A stretch of DNA of 64,000 nt from assembly GCF_006345805.1 (NCBI RefSeq), contig NC_043010.1:54250001-54314000 (forward strand), read 5' to 3'. Shown here one piece after another: positions 10,565 through 23,672 of this stretch. The notes beneath the pieces were generated by a model. The model searched no databases, had not been told where the DNA came from, and worked only from the letters and a program-made list of their open reading frames with translations. The DNA is from Octopus sinensis (lineage: Eukaryota). How positions within the stretch are numbered: the first letter of the stretch is position 1; every line of letters begins with the position of its first letter. A program made the translations under genes and the position numbers.

Positions 10565-12780
10565 AAGTTTTTTATTTCTTCGAAAGATTTTTCAAAATTT
10601 TGGGGGAAAATTTTCAAGAAAGTTTTCAAAACTTTTTGGGGAAAATTTTCAAAAAATTTTCAAAAAATTTTTGGGGATGATTTTCTAAAGATTTTCTAAA
10701 ATTTTTGGGGAAAATTTTCAAAAATATTTGAAAAATTTTAGGGAATAAATTTCAAAAGATTTTCAAAAAATTTTTCAAAAATATTTGGGGAAAACTTTCT
10801 AAAAATTTTTCTAAAATTTCGGCGTTAAATTTTCAAAAAATTTTCGAAAAATTTTTAGGGATAGTTTTCAAAAGATTTTTAAAAAGTTTTCAAAAATTTT
10901 AAGGGAAAATTTTCATAAAAATATTTCAAAAATTTGCTGGGAAAATTTTCAAAATATTCTTCAAAAATTTTTGGGGAAAATTCTCAAAAAAGTTTTCGAA
11001 AATTTTGGGGAAAATTTTCAAAATATTTTTGAAAAATGTTTTTGGATAATTTTCAGAACATATTCTAAATATTTTTCCAAAATTTTTGGGGAAACTTTTC
11101 AAAATATTTTTGAATAATTTGTTTGGAAAATTTTCAAAAAATTCTTCAAAAATTTTTGGGGGAAAATTTTCAAAAAAGTTTTCAAAAAATTTTTAGGGAA
11201 AATTATCAAAAAATTTTTCGGGAAAATTTTGAAAATATTTTTGAAATATTTTATGGAATAATTTTCAGAATATATTCTAAATATTTTTCCATAGTTTTTG
11301 GGGAAATTTTTCAAAATATTTTTGAATAATTTGTTTGCAAAATTTTCAAAAAATTCTTCAAAAATTTTTGGGGAAAATTTTCAAAAAAGTTTTCAAAAAA
11401 TTTTTAGGGAAAATTATCAAAAAATTTTTGGGGAAAATTTTGAAAATATTTTTGAAATATTTTATGGAATAATTTTCAGAATATATTCTAAATATTTTTC
11501 CATAGTTTTTGGGGAAAATTTTGGGGAGATTTTATCGAAAAGTTTTGAAAAATTATGAGGAAAATTTTCAAAATATTTTTGAAAAATTTTTGGGGATAAT
11601 TGTCAAAAGATTTTCTAAAAATATTTCGAAAATTTTGAAAAGATTTTTCAAAAATTTTGGGGGAAAAATTTCAAAAAATTTTTCAAACATTTTGGTGAAA
11701 TGTTTTGAAAAAATTTTTCGAAAATTTTTGGGCAAAATTGTCAAGAAATTCTTTTAAAATTTTTTAGAAAAATTTCCATAAAAATTTTTCAAAAATTTTG
11801 GTGAGATATTTTTGAAAAATTTTTGAAAAACTTATGGGGAAAATTGCACGAATTTTTCCAAAATTTTTGAGGAAAATTTTCAAAAAATTTTTCAAAAACT
11901 TTTGGGGAAAGTTTTCAAAAGATTTTTCAAAAATCTCGGGGGAAAAGTTTACAAAAACTTTTCAAAAGTTTCTGGGGAAAACTTTCCAAAAAGTTTTGAA
12001 AAATTTTTGGGGAAAATTTTCAGAACAGTTTTGAAAAATTTTGGGGGATAATTTTCAAAAGAATTTCAAAAAGTTTTTCCAAAATTTGTTGAAAAGTTTT
12101 GAAAAACTTTTTCACAAATCTTTTTTTTAAATTTTCCAAAACTTTTCTGGAAAATTTTCAAAAGATTTTTCAAAAATTTTGGGGGAAAAGTTTCAAGAAA
12201 TTTTTGAAAAATTTTTGGGGAAAATTTTCAAAAAATTTTTCAAAAACTTTTGGGGAAAGTTTTCAAAAGATTTTTCAAAAATCTCGGGGGAAAAGTTTAC
12301 AAAAACGTTTCAAAAGTTTCTGGGGAAAACTTTCCAAAAAGTTTTGAAAAATTTTTGGGGAAAATTTTCAGAACAGTTTTGAAAAATTTTTGGGGAAAAT
12401 TTTCAAAAGATTTTTCAAAAAATTTTTCAAAAAATTTTTCAAAAAATTTTTCAAAAAATTTTTCAAAAACTTTTGGGGAAAGTTTTCAAAAGATTTTTCA
12501 AAAAATTTTTGGGGAAAATTTTCAAAAGATTTTTCAAAAAATTTTGGGGGAAAAGTTTCAAGAAATTTTTGAAAAATTTTTGGGGAAAATTTTCAAAAAA
12601 TTTTCTAAAACTTTTGGGGAAAATTTTCAAAAGATTAAAAAAAAGTTTTGGGGGAAAATTTTCAAGAAATTTTTCAAACATTTTTTGGGAAAATTAAAAA
12701 AAATTTTTGAAAAATTTTTGTGGATAATTTTCAAAATATTTTCAAATTTTGGAGAAAATTTTCAAAAAATTTTCTAAGAT
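10565..12780. repeat. A/T-tract tandem array, ~35-bp unit (GGGGAAAATTTTCAAAAAATTTTTCAAAAATTTTT-like) built from ~11-12-bp subunits
   Basis: Direct reading. Higher-order duplications with offsets of ~212 bp (11101 vs 11313) and ~348 bp (11933 vs 12281). Confidence 0.92.
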
Positions 12781-13199
12781 TCGAATTGTAGGCCCCTCTG
12801 TTGCAATTTCGATCAATTGGATCTTGTCCTCCTTTTTGTATAGAAGTGTACCGGTGCAGCGAAATTCATTTTTGGACTTTCTTCTATCGATGGCATTTTA
12901 AGAAATATGCTTCCGTAAAGACGGTGAAAATTCAATTTTTAAACAATAACCAAAGTCCCTTCTCCGAAAGGGGGAGGGTTACGGTTTACAATTATTTAAA
13001 AAATGCAACACAACAGCGCTTGACTGACGACGAACCAACAAACGTGATTACAATAGTCAAACAGTAATAATAATAACAAACCTTTTTAATTTATCCCCAT
13101 TTATGTGAAATCACTTATTCAAGTTCAAGTCATTGATGCAATTTTATACGAATTGCTAATCCACACACACATAATAAGGGTGAAATATTGAATATTAAT

Positions 13200-13578
13200 T
13201 TGATTAATATGAATTGAAAACCAGTGGTGTAGTATATATGACCATAGCGGATCTTCTTCTTGCAAAATGGATTACCATTGTTAATGGTTCATCCCTGTTA
13301 CATAATACTTTCACTTTAATAGTGAAAGTGTCTGCATTACAAAAGAGAGATGTTTTTGTTTCACTTTTAACACGTAATACTGAAATAGTGGAGAAGATAT
13401 GATATTGCTGTGGGGTCGCCCTAGGGAAAAAGTTAAATTTTTTTGCCGATGACACTCTCGGACTTTAAGTAAGGCATGTGTAAAATTTGAATGAAATCGG
13501 TTGTGTAGTTCTCAAGTTTTAGGGAAACACACAGGCAGACAGACAGACACACACACATTTTCAGTTTTATATATATAC
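13200..13578 (-). mobile_element. Helitron-like (Lep1-type) 5' fragment
   Basis: Plus strand ...aaaatttgaatgaaatcggttgtgtagttctcaagttt...cagacagacagacacacac...ttttatatata resembles non-autonomous Helitron ends (family knowledge, unsearched). Left boundary uncertain. Confidence 0.45.
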
Positions 13579-13584
13579 ACACAT

Positions 13585-13760
13585 ACATAGTTGAAATTTA
13601 CAGAGAAAGGAAGAAGGCAGGTTTGAGAACAAGAAGCTGGTGTTTAATGCTAAAGAAAAATGGAAAATTCTTTTACGCTTCGAGCCTACGCTCTTCGACA
13701 GAAAGTAATAAAACGAAAAAATGGAGAGAGAACGAAAAAAATCAGAGAGAGAAAAAATTG
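13585..13760 (-). repeat. Dispersed repeat family P1 copy
   Basis: Contains ttttacgcttcgagcctacgctcttcgacagaaag, matching 51302-51332 and the reverse complement of 53198-53230. Confidence 0.75.
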
Positions 13761-13940
13761 TATCTACCTGTAACATATGTATACGGTCGTATGCATATGT
13801 TACAGGTCGTATACATATGTTACAGGTAGACTTTTTTAAAATATCGCTTACAGCTGAAATGCCTCGCTTACAATTATTCAATACTGTAATCTCAATACAA
13901 ATGTTGTATGAAATACAATTTGAAACTAGAACGTAATAAC

Positions 13941-14317
13941 TCTGTAAATATAAGGCTGAAGTTGTCTGTGCATGGCAGGTTTGGTAGCCTTCAACTAACA
14001 CTATCTCCTCTGAGAACCTGTTGCGCAAGTTGACCAAAATTGAGAGTATGATAAAAGAAGGCTTACTCTTCCTTCCGTAGGAGAGAAAAATTCAAATCGG
14101 ACCATGTTAAGGCCAAAAATTATTTATATTAAAAAGGTGCTTTTTTCTATGAGAATCCCTATTGTTTACGATTTTTTGACTGCTGTGTTGCCATTTTTCG
14201 GTGTATTTGAACCAGAAAATTGCTCACTTAAAGTGAATAACAAGGTACATAATGTAAAATTTTTACTTTTCACAAATTCTAATTCTAAAGCCAAGCAACG
14301 CCGGCTGATACTGCTAG
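13941..14317 (+). mobile_element. Short non-autonomous Helitron-like element (~375 bp)
   Basis: 3' end has a degenerate GC hairpin (agccaagcaacgccggct, 14289-14306) 7 nt before CTAG (14314-14317), followed by T. 5' end is TC followed by a TA-rich stretch and gttgtctgtg. Confidence 0.55.
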
Positions 14318-14615
14318 TGCTATATAAATGCATAATGGTTCACATTAGCTGGTATCAAACTAATTCGCTGTAATGGATAGACGCATTTGTGTACTTTGTA
14401 CGGGACTGCTGGATACCCAGATGTCACTGCTGATTTTGAATTTGAATTTTGATTCAGGAATGATCAGCCACTCCTATTCTAAGCAACTGAACGGGTTAGG
14501 CAGTTACGCGGGCTGATCTTCGTAGCAAGTGAATGAGGTCCATCTCCTTTTCTTACTTTACCTGGGTTATGTCTTCATTCTAAATCAGGTTTTGAGACAG
14601 AATAATAGAAAAAAA

Positions 14616-15003
14616 TAGCTTGCTTAGCAACCACATAGTGCCGGGTTCAGTCCCACTGCGTGGCATCTTGGGCAAGTGTCTTCTACTATAGCCTCCGGCC
14701 GACCAAAGCCTTGTGAGTGGATTTGGTAGACGGAAACTGAAAGAAGCCCGTCGTATATATATATATATATATATGTGCGTGTATGTTTGTGTGTCTGTGT
14801 TTGTCCCCGTAGCATTGCTTGACAACCAATGCTGGAGTGTTTATGTCCCCGTCACTTAGCGGTTCGGCAAAAGAGACCGATAGAATAAGTACTGGGCTTA
14901 AAAAGAATAAGTCCCAGGGTAAAGTTGCTTCATTAAAGGTGGTGCTCCAGCATGGCCGCAGTCAAATGACTTAAACAAGTAAAAGAGTAAAGAGTAAAAG
15001 AGT
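14616..15003 (+). mobile_element. tRNA-derived SINE family A (5'-truncated)
   Basis: B-box-like ggttcagtccc, internal (TA)n, conserved ggttcggcaaaagagaccgatagaataagtac...gtgctccagcatggccgcagtcaaatgac and (AGTAAA)n tail. Many homologues in the window. Confidence 0.9.
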
Positions 15004-15694
15004 ATATGTAGTGTCGGAGAGGAGCACAAATAAAGATAAGAAGAACGTTGAATTTTGTCGACTCGTATTCTTTTTATCTGCTGAAAGCAAAGTAACCATT
15101 TGAAGTTTTAATTCAAGTGTTTTGGATACTATTCTAGTTTACTGGTTTCTTTTCGTATCATATATTTTTAGTGTTAGTGTTTCTGTGAAAGGTGAATCAG
15201 ATACACACGCACAAGTTATTCTCATATAGACATTTAACGACCTGTCGTCGTCTACTGTGTTGAATATTTCTGCTATTTAGCGAGCAGCTTATCTGGATTT
15301 CTCGTAAAAAGGTACTTTGCTTTTTGAGTGTCCATTTGTCTTGAAAGTGTAAGAAGCGAATGAAAGAATGAAGGAGTGAAAAACATTCCTTCTTATGAAC
15401 AAGTGACTCACAACGGTATGTTTACGCAATCAAATTACTTGTATATACTTTAGGTATAAAATTATTTTGTCTATATCTATAAAAAGTAGCAACTCCATGT
15501 CTGTGCATCATAAGTATAGAGCAATAAAGAGTGAATTTATCGTGAAATACAAAAGTAAGGTATTCTTATTATAACATCCAACGGATCGTCTTGTCCTCTG
15601 ATGACAAAGAAAGGCAAATTCAGAGAAACCAACAGTATTCTCGTTGCTCAGTCTCTCTTCAAAACAAGACGAATATCTATGGATGTATATATAT

Positions 15695-15732
<38 letters not shown>

Positions 15733-16009
15733 ATCAAAATAAGCAACAAGGATATCTAGAGGTAGTGCAGTACGATCGTTTCATGCGATCCCATTTAATT
15801 GAACAATGCAAAATATTACATTAGTTTTAAAATGTAGACCAATCTTCGACTGCATAAAAATATAGAATTTAGTTAAATTCAAAGGATTCATTTGTATAGT
15901 TAGTCTATTTACCGAAATCACGAAGGGGGTAAGTAGGTAGACAAAGAACAGGTTTCATCAACAATATCATAGTAGTAACTGATATTTTTTCACAGGAAGA
16001 CACTGCTTA

Positions 16010-16065
<56 letters not shown>

Positions 16066-16511
16066 ATATACATGTGGTGTCTTGGGACGATTGCATATAC
16101 ATAGTATATAACAAATACATATTTATGTATGTATGTGCATATGTATATATGTATATATCAAAGCGCAGAACTTGTTCTTAAATGTTCAATGTTGAACGGA
16201 AGTAGTAGAAAATCTAGATGCCAGGTTCGGACTCAGTGCACAGTTTTTTTGGCAAATGGACGAATAACATGTGGGTGAATTTAGTGGATGAAACCGCCTG
16301 GCAATCAGTTGTAAATATATAAAAAAATATATCGTTGCGTGTTTGTGTGTGTGTGTGCGTATGTGTGTGTGTATGTGTGTATGTGTGTGTATTTTTATTG
16401 CCCTCCCACCATTTGACATCTAATGTGCGGCAGATGAGGCCAAAAGAATAAATACCAACTGAAATCATATGTAGTGTGGTCACGTTGTTCGACTAAAGCC
16501 GTCTTCTTTGT

Positions 16512-16640
16512 ACAGTTCTATATTTAAGAGATGAGTAATTATGTACATTATTTACATTATTTATATTTGACAGATATTTGTCCTCATCTTGTTTATTATT
16601 AACACAACATTTCGTCTGATATACCCTCGAGCCTTCTCTT
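16512..16640 (-). repeat. Dispersed repeat fragment shared with 772-846; includes a decayed stem-GAAA motif
   Basis: The reverse complement (gttaataataaacaagatgaggacaaatatctgtcaaat...ctcatctcttaaatatagaac) matches 772-846. Confidence 0.7.
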
Positions 16641-18285
16641 TGTCGCAGCATAGCTACAACCCAGTGATTATAATGGGTAAGGGAATTTTTAAAAAATGTG
16701 TGTAAACTCTCTGCTGCGTTTAACAGTTCCAGGATCTGATAGTAAGTTTCAATGCATTACAGATTTTATGCTTCATTCTAAATTGGTATTAAGTGTAGGA
16801 CCGCTAATTGAACGACACAACGCTAGTAAACATGCTAAACATATGAGCTAATGAGAAAGAGAGTCAGGGAACATGCTTTAAAGTCGAGTAAATTTCCTTC
16901 CAATTATATCCTGCAATTTTGGGTACAGAAGAGCGCCGGATAATGAAATCCTAGACAAACAATCGAAAACAAGATGGGATGAATGATTATAATTACAGGT
17001 CCGCTGAGTTTTGCATTGACATGAAGTTAATCAATAATAGCATCAACGAGAACTACTATAACAATAATTCTTTCAAATGTTGGCTTAATGCCAGCAACAA
17101 CAGCAATTGTAATAACATTAATAATGATAGTAATAACAACAAAAATATGCTAATGATAAACCACAACGTAAGTGTGCTGACCTATGACACCGTCTTAAAA
17201 TCTATTTCGTCTACTATTAAGCTATTGGCAGACTCCAGTAGACGTATCCAACAAAATTCAATCGCAAAAATATTAAGATAAAGATGAACAAATACAAAAC
17301 TTACGTGATAGCAAGAAATATTACAAAGAAACTAGAAAACAAAAGATGATTTTTAAAGAAATATTTCTCTTCTTTCTTTGGAAAAAAAAATCAAGAGCGA
17401 AACATCAATCATTCTTACAGACGTCCTCTTCAAAGAGAGTGAACACTCAATTACCAAATGCCAGCCGGAGCCAGGAAAGTATGTAAGATCAATAAAGTGG
17501 TGTAATTAGCTATAGCAAAGTAATTTGCATTTTAAGAATATATATCAAATTTGTTAGTATGCAGACATCACAACAAATCGAAACAAAATATCTTTTAATG
17601 CAAAAATAATTTAAATAACTGAAAAAAAAAATTATTTAAAACAATTTAAGTCTCATGGAGTCATGAAAAATAGCAAAGAGAAGCAATATTTCCTTTCGTT
17701 AAACTAAAAATAAATCAGTATTTAATTTAAGAAAGAAAAGAAACAATCAAAAAACGGTCGGTGATAATATGAGTGGGTGAACTTTAATACATGAAATGAT
17801 GAGGCGATCTATCTCATAAGATACAGAGAAAACGCCTCTGTGACACCAACAATACATGTACACACACGCACACACACATATATATACATATATATATATA
17901 CATATATATATATACAAATGTGTTTATATATATATACATATGTTATATTGTATTGGCATCCTTTCTGTCTCGGGAGACAATGGAGTTGCGCATTTTTTTT
18001 TTTTTTTTTTTAGGTCTAGTCCAGCTATTATATTTTATTTCCTGTTACATTTCTTGCTGTGGCTGTGTAGTCCTATCCTGGACAAACACTCCCTCTGGCA
18101 GGTACTGCAAATGTAGCGAAGACTGTTCCTGGCTGGTTATAGTGCCATGGTCTCTTGTTTATGTCTCTTCCTTTCTTTCCATTTCTCCTCTCTCTTTCTG
18201 TCACTCCTCTGTATACCCTCTTTTACTGTTATATATATATATGTTATATATATATATATATATATATGCACACATACATATATAT

Positions 18286-18354
<69 letters not shown>

Positions 18355-18378
18355 ATGTATGTATGTATGTGTGTATGT

Positions 18379-18592
18379 ATATGTTTGTGTGTCTGTGTTT
18401 GTCCTCCTCAACATCGCCTGACAACCGATGCTGGTGTGTTTTCGTCCCCGAAACTTAGCGGTTCGGCAAAAGCGACCGATAACATAAGTATTATTCTCAT
18501 AGATAATAAGTCCTGGGATCGAGTTGCTCGACTCACGACAGTGCTTCAGCATGACCACAGTCAAATGACTGAAACATGTAAAAGAGTAAAAG
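18379..18592 (+). mobile_element. SINE family A, 3' half
   Basis: Homologous to 14790-15003. Confidence 0.85.
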
Positions 18593-18973
18593 TGTAAACA
18601 GTAATATATATAATCAATAAAGTATGCCTTTCTCGACGAAATGTATTAGATATTACCAGTTAGGTGCTCAAATTAGGATGTTGCCCAAAGATCTTGGAAG
18701 AGATGCTTATGGACATAAAGTAAACCTGAAGAGCAGTTATATATTAGAATATGAAAGTGAATGGATTAAGCATATTTGGAATAGTCGCAACAAGAATTTT
18801 ATTAGCATAGAGAATTGTATTACCACGTAAATAAATAGCAATGTAAAACATACTGTAAGATGTATAAAAATTGTTACGATCGCAGGAATTTCTGTACATC
18901 TTATTATTCTCTGTTGTACATCCCTGGTCATTTATATGGTAATACAAGTCTCTATGCTAAATTCATTCTTATG

Positions 18974-19013
<40 letters not shown>

Positions 19014-19229
19014 TATATATATATATATATCAATAGGTGAATGAATTATCCTATGTTTATCGTCAGCATGGAAAATTCGTTGAACCGATACCAGGGTAGC
19101 AAATTCGCGTCAGAAACACGGTTGAAGCGATCTGTCCAAGGGTAGAAACTCCGGGTTCATTTGCAGAAATTTGTGTGTTATATATGAATAAATGAAAGAA
19201 TGTAGTCGAACGAAGCTGTTAACAAAATT

Positions 19230-19322
19230 CCTTTACTCTCGACATATGTTTCGAAGACCACATGGTTTCATTCCAAAGGAATAAAGGGTGAATGATGCAA
19301 TCTTCTTATCAGGAAAGAAAGG
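19230..19322 (-). ncRNA. Type I hammerhead ribozyme motif with a G8A core change
   Basis: Minus strand: CCUUUCUUUC [CUGAUAA] GAAGA-(43 nt)-UCUUC [GAA] AC AUAU GU C^ GAGAGUAAAGG. Stem I about 10 bp with one bulge, stem II 5 bp, palindromic stem III/loop ACAUAUGU, GUC triplet. Confidence 0.65.
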
Positions 19323-19362
19323 GAGCCTCTCTCGGCAACAAGACAAGCAAAAATTTCGATGA

Positions 19363-19421
<59 letters not shown>

Positions 19422-19660
19422 ATCATCAAATGTATATGTACATATATAGAGGCATAGTTGTATACTAAATTTCCTGGATTTACAATCAGGTTTTTTCAGG
19501 TTCAGCCTCACTGCACGTTACCGTGATCAAGTAGCTTCTACTCTAGCTGTGGGTTAACCAATGCCTCGTTAGTGAATATAGCATAAGGCAACAATATGGG
19601 GAGCAATTCTACATATATGTGACTGGATTTTGTAGACCGAAACCGAAAGAAGCCCGTCGC

Positions 19661-19697
<37 letters not shown>

Positions 19698-20181
19698 TCA
19701 AATGAAATAAAAAACAGAACGCAAAGGATGTCGCGGTACACGTTTTTCAAGCTTTATAAAACAACCTATTCTTACATCAATGTATAATCGACATAACAGA
19801 TGGTTTAAAGCTCTCTTCGGCCGCATGCAATTGCTATACCATATATATATATATATATATATGCATATATTTATTTATATGCCGATGTGGTTATGTACCC
19901 GTAACGTAGTGCCTCGGTATAAGCGACCGATAGAATAAGAACTAGGTTTTCCAAGAATAAGTCGTGGGTCGATATTTTCGACCAAAGACATGGCAGCAAT
20001 CAAATGACTGACACAAGTAACAGAATAAAAGAATATATTTATACACAATACAGAAAACAAAATCAATATCAGTACCTTGTGTAACATATAGCTGTTAACG
20101 ATGTCTCAAAAATTCATATCAAAATAAGAGATGCGGAGCAGACATTGGACGTAGTTGTTAATACTACAAGTAATATATATG

Positions 20182-20194
<13 letters not shown>

Positions 20195-20264
<70 letters not shown>

Positions 20265-20269
20265 TTAGT

Positions 20270-20334
<65 letters not shown>

Positions 20335-20400
20335 GGATGGATGGATGAATGGATGGATGGATAGATACATAGATAGATAGAAACATAGATAGATACGTAG
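20195..20400. repeat. Compound microsatellite (TA)n-(GA)n-(GATA)n-(GGAT)n
   Basis: Direct reading. Confidence 0.95.
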
Positions 20401-23085
20401 ATATATAGATACACACACATACATTATGCATGTATGTATATTTAAGTACAGTCCGTAGGAAATCATGGAATCAGTAGCGGATTCAACCAACATCAGTATG
20501 CCTTGTTTTAGTTAGTCCTGGTTTATTATTTTTATGTTATTGGATTGTTTTTTCTCGATGTGACACCTTTGAAGCAAGTTCTGAATACACAACAACGGGC
20601 ATTATAGTTAACAAAAAACTATTCAAGGTTTGGTTCTACCAAGGATACGTCCTCCTCACTGGTACAATCCAACGATTCGAGAGAAACACCTCAAAATAAA
20701 ATTATTAGTTTGAAACTCATAGGAATATTATAATGTTTGCCAATGCGATAGACTTTATTTTATACACATTAAAATTTGTTAACTGTGGCACCATTTATTG
20801 GTCGCTTGGCTGGTAGATAAGAGGGTATTTATCTTGAAATTGAGCATTTAAAACTGACAATATTTTTATATACGCATATATTTACTTGTTTATTTACTTC
20901 TCAAGTGGATATAATTTTTATTGTTTAATTTTTTGATTTCACTTTAATAAGACTAAATTTGTTTTTAATGAAAATTAAATAACGTTTGATTTGAAAACAA
21001 TGAAAATAAATTAAAATCAAAATATAAAATATAAAGAATGAACTAATCAAGAAAACACACTGTCAAAAGAATGAGTAAAAAAAATTAATTCCAAAATGGA
21101 AATTGACTAAAATGTGTTTTCATTAAGAACAAAAGAATGTCGGTAGGCTATTTAAATATTCTGGCAGCTGTTTGATTTAACTATTTAAAAATTAATTCAA
21201 AACAGCTATTTTGAGTCTACACCTCGATTAAATAGATAGCCACAAGAAATGCTATATTCTCTTCATCTACTCAGGGCATACTTAAAAAACAATTACGAAG
21301 ACGACCAACCAAGAAACCACAGACACCTTATCCATACTGACCTTCCATACACATACACACACACACACACAAAATACACATACACTTCACCATCAGTTCT
21401 CACTCACGCAGACAGATGCACGCATACACAATTAGATATTAACTTTAGAGACAACGAGAAGAGCATATTTATTTTCCCCTCATGACCGATCGAGAGAGAA
21501 ATCTAATTAAAGCAATCGGTCTTTATATTTTAAAGTAATTATTTTCTTTTCTCACTCAGTTTCTAATGATGTGTCTCTAGTGACGAATTTTTCTAGCGGA
21601 AACATCGGTTACAAATTATATGTATGTATGTGGCTGGCTGACAATATATATATACATATATACATGCACATAAATATAAATACTGTCTGTATATGAGTGG
21701 TATATAAAAAGCAGATGTGTTCAGACGCACACACACATACATGTAATTATATATCTGTGTGAATGTGTATGTATATACATATATATATATATACATGTAT
21801 ATATGTTTCTGTATATGTATGTACACATGAATATATATATATATGTGTGTGTGTATATATACATATGCGTGTATACATGTATACATAATACATACACGTA
21901 TATATTCTTCTGTATATGTATGTACACAAACATGCATACGTGGGTGTGGGTGTGCGCGCGTGAGTGCGCCTTTGTTGCATTACACTTATACCTTGTTAAT
22001 TACAAAGTATTTCTCTGTAAAGTAATACGGAAATATATAGTCATCAATTGAAAGTTAAAGATCGTTTGTGCTAGACAAAAAACAAGCTATTGTCCGTAAT
22101 AAATTGAAGTAAATTTATTCTACGATGATCGGTGAACTATTGGAGGATTTTGAACCTACGACAATGCATTATATGGGGAGCATAAGAATGGAAGATGATA
22201 AATGAATTTAACTATAAACATGCTTCTGTTCCAAGCTACGATTAAGCGAAATCCTCCCACAAAAATTGACACGAACACTTATATTTGATCGTCCATTAAT
22301 TCCCCTGAAACAGTAACCAAGATTAGTAGACTAGGGAAAAAGACGTTTTAGATAATATTGTTTAACAGAATGCCTTAAAGTATATGAAGGTGAGAACTGG
22401 AATAAGTTTCGGTATACGCCTTCTTTAAGGAGGACGGACAGTGCCTATGAATAAGGAAGTGTGTGATAACTATTTCATATCAAATGTTAAAATATAAGAA
22501 CATGCGTAGATTCTTACAGATATCTGGCCAAATATTTTTGAATATTTTGAATGTAGAACTAGTTTCTGCTAGAAATATCGTGACAAAATTTGCTGACATT
22601 TTTTATTCGAAATTCAATTTAATTTCTTTCTCTATTTGCGATTGCTCTCAAAAGAGATAAAAAAGGAGAAAAATGTAATAAAATAAAATAAATAATAACA
22701 GCTTTTCAAAATATTCTCTAGAATATTTAAAGGAAAAAGCACTTTTTTTTATAATGTAATTAATATATTCATGTGACGGATTTTTCCTGTCTTTCTTTTT
22801 TTTTATTTGTTTTTGAAAACCTAAAAATGCTTTTTTGTTCATTTAAAATTTCCATTTCATTCAGCCATTTGAGTTCTCTCTTTGCATTTCGTTTTGCGTT
22901 CTGTTTCTTCTATAAACTTCATTAAGGTTTGTTATTAAGTTTCGTTCCTAAAGGAAGTAAAATTTCGGCATCTTAAACTAAAGGAATCATCATAACCTTG
23001 TGTGGTCCTAGATAACTTCAAATCTTAAACTAAATATCGAAAGAAAAATGACAGTTACTGATAGAATTTTGTATCAATGAGAAAA

Positions 23086-23299
23086 CATGATGTCAGGTTT
23101 TCGTTTACAAAAGCTCTTAGTTTTAAAACGTGCATAAAAAGAAATCTCAACAGCTGGACATCGTTTAGTTCACAAGCTACAGTCTTAAGAATACATGTAT
23201 AAAATAACGTTCCCGCCATACACGAGATACGACGGGATGAGAAAAGTAGGAATGTGTTTGGTCATCAGGATAAAACTGACCATGCACAAGAAACAATAT
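23086..23299. repeat. ~210-bp segment, inverted copy at 25012-25210
   Basis: catgatgtcaggttttcgtttacaaaagc...aagaaacaata matches the reverse complement of 25012-25210 with small indels. Confidence 0.85.
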
Positions 23300-23672
23300 G
23301 GAAGCACTCCGATGAGGGTTCCTGTTGATCCGAATCAACGGAACAGCCTGCTCGTTAAAATTAACGTGTAAGTGGCTGAGCACTCCACAGACACGTGCAC
23401 CCTTAACGTAGTTCTCGGGGATATTCAGCGTGACACAGAGACTGACAAGGCCGGCCCTTTGAAATACAGGTACCACAGAAACAGGAAGTAAGAGTGAGAG
23501 AAAGTTGTGGTGAAAGAGTACAGCAGGGATCACCACCATCCCCTGCCGGAGCCTCGTGGAGCTTTAGGTGTTTTCGCTCAATAAACACTCACAACGCCTG
23601 GTCTGGGAATCGAAACCGCGATCCTACGACCGCGAGTCCGCTGCCCTAACCACTGGGCCATTGCGCCTCCAC
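23300..23672 (-). mobile_element. Full-length tRNA-derived SINE family B with 14-bp TSD
   Basis: A-box TGGCCCAGTGG and B-box GGTTTCGATTCCC. TSD acaagaaacaatat at 23286-23299 and 23673-23686. Confidence 0.93.

Noticed and set aside
11099-12777. K/F/N-rich ORFs
   Set aside because: Translations of the A/T-tract array.
5436-13578. One giant Helitron carrying both tandem arrays
   Set aside because: No hairpin plus CTAG 3' end could be assigned. The 5436-5595 segment is better explained as part of a separate short element.
15598-15650. CTGATGA...GAAAC...GTA on the plus strand
   Set aside because: No stem I or stem II pairing; chance match.
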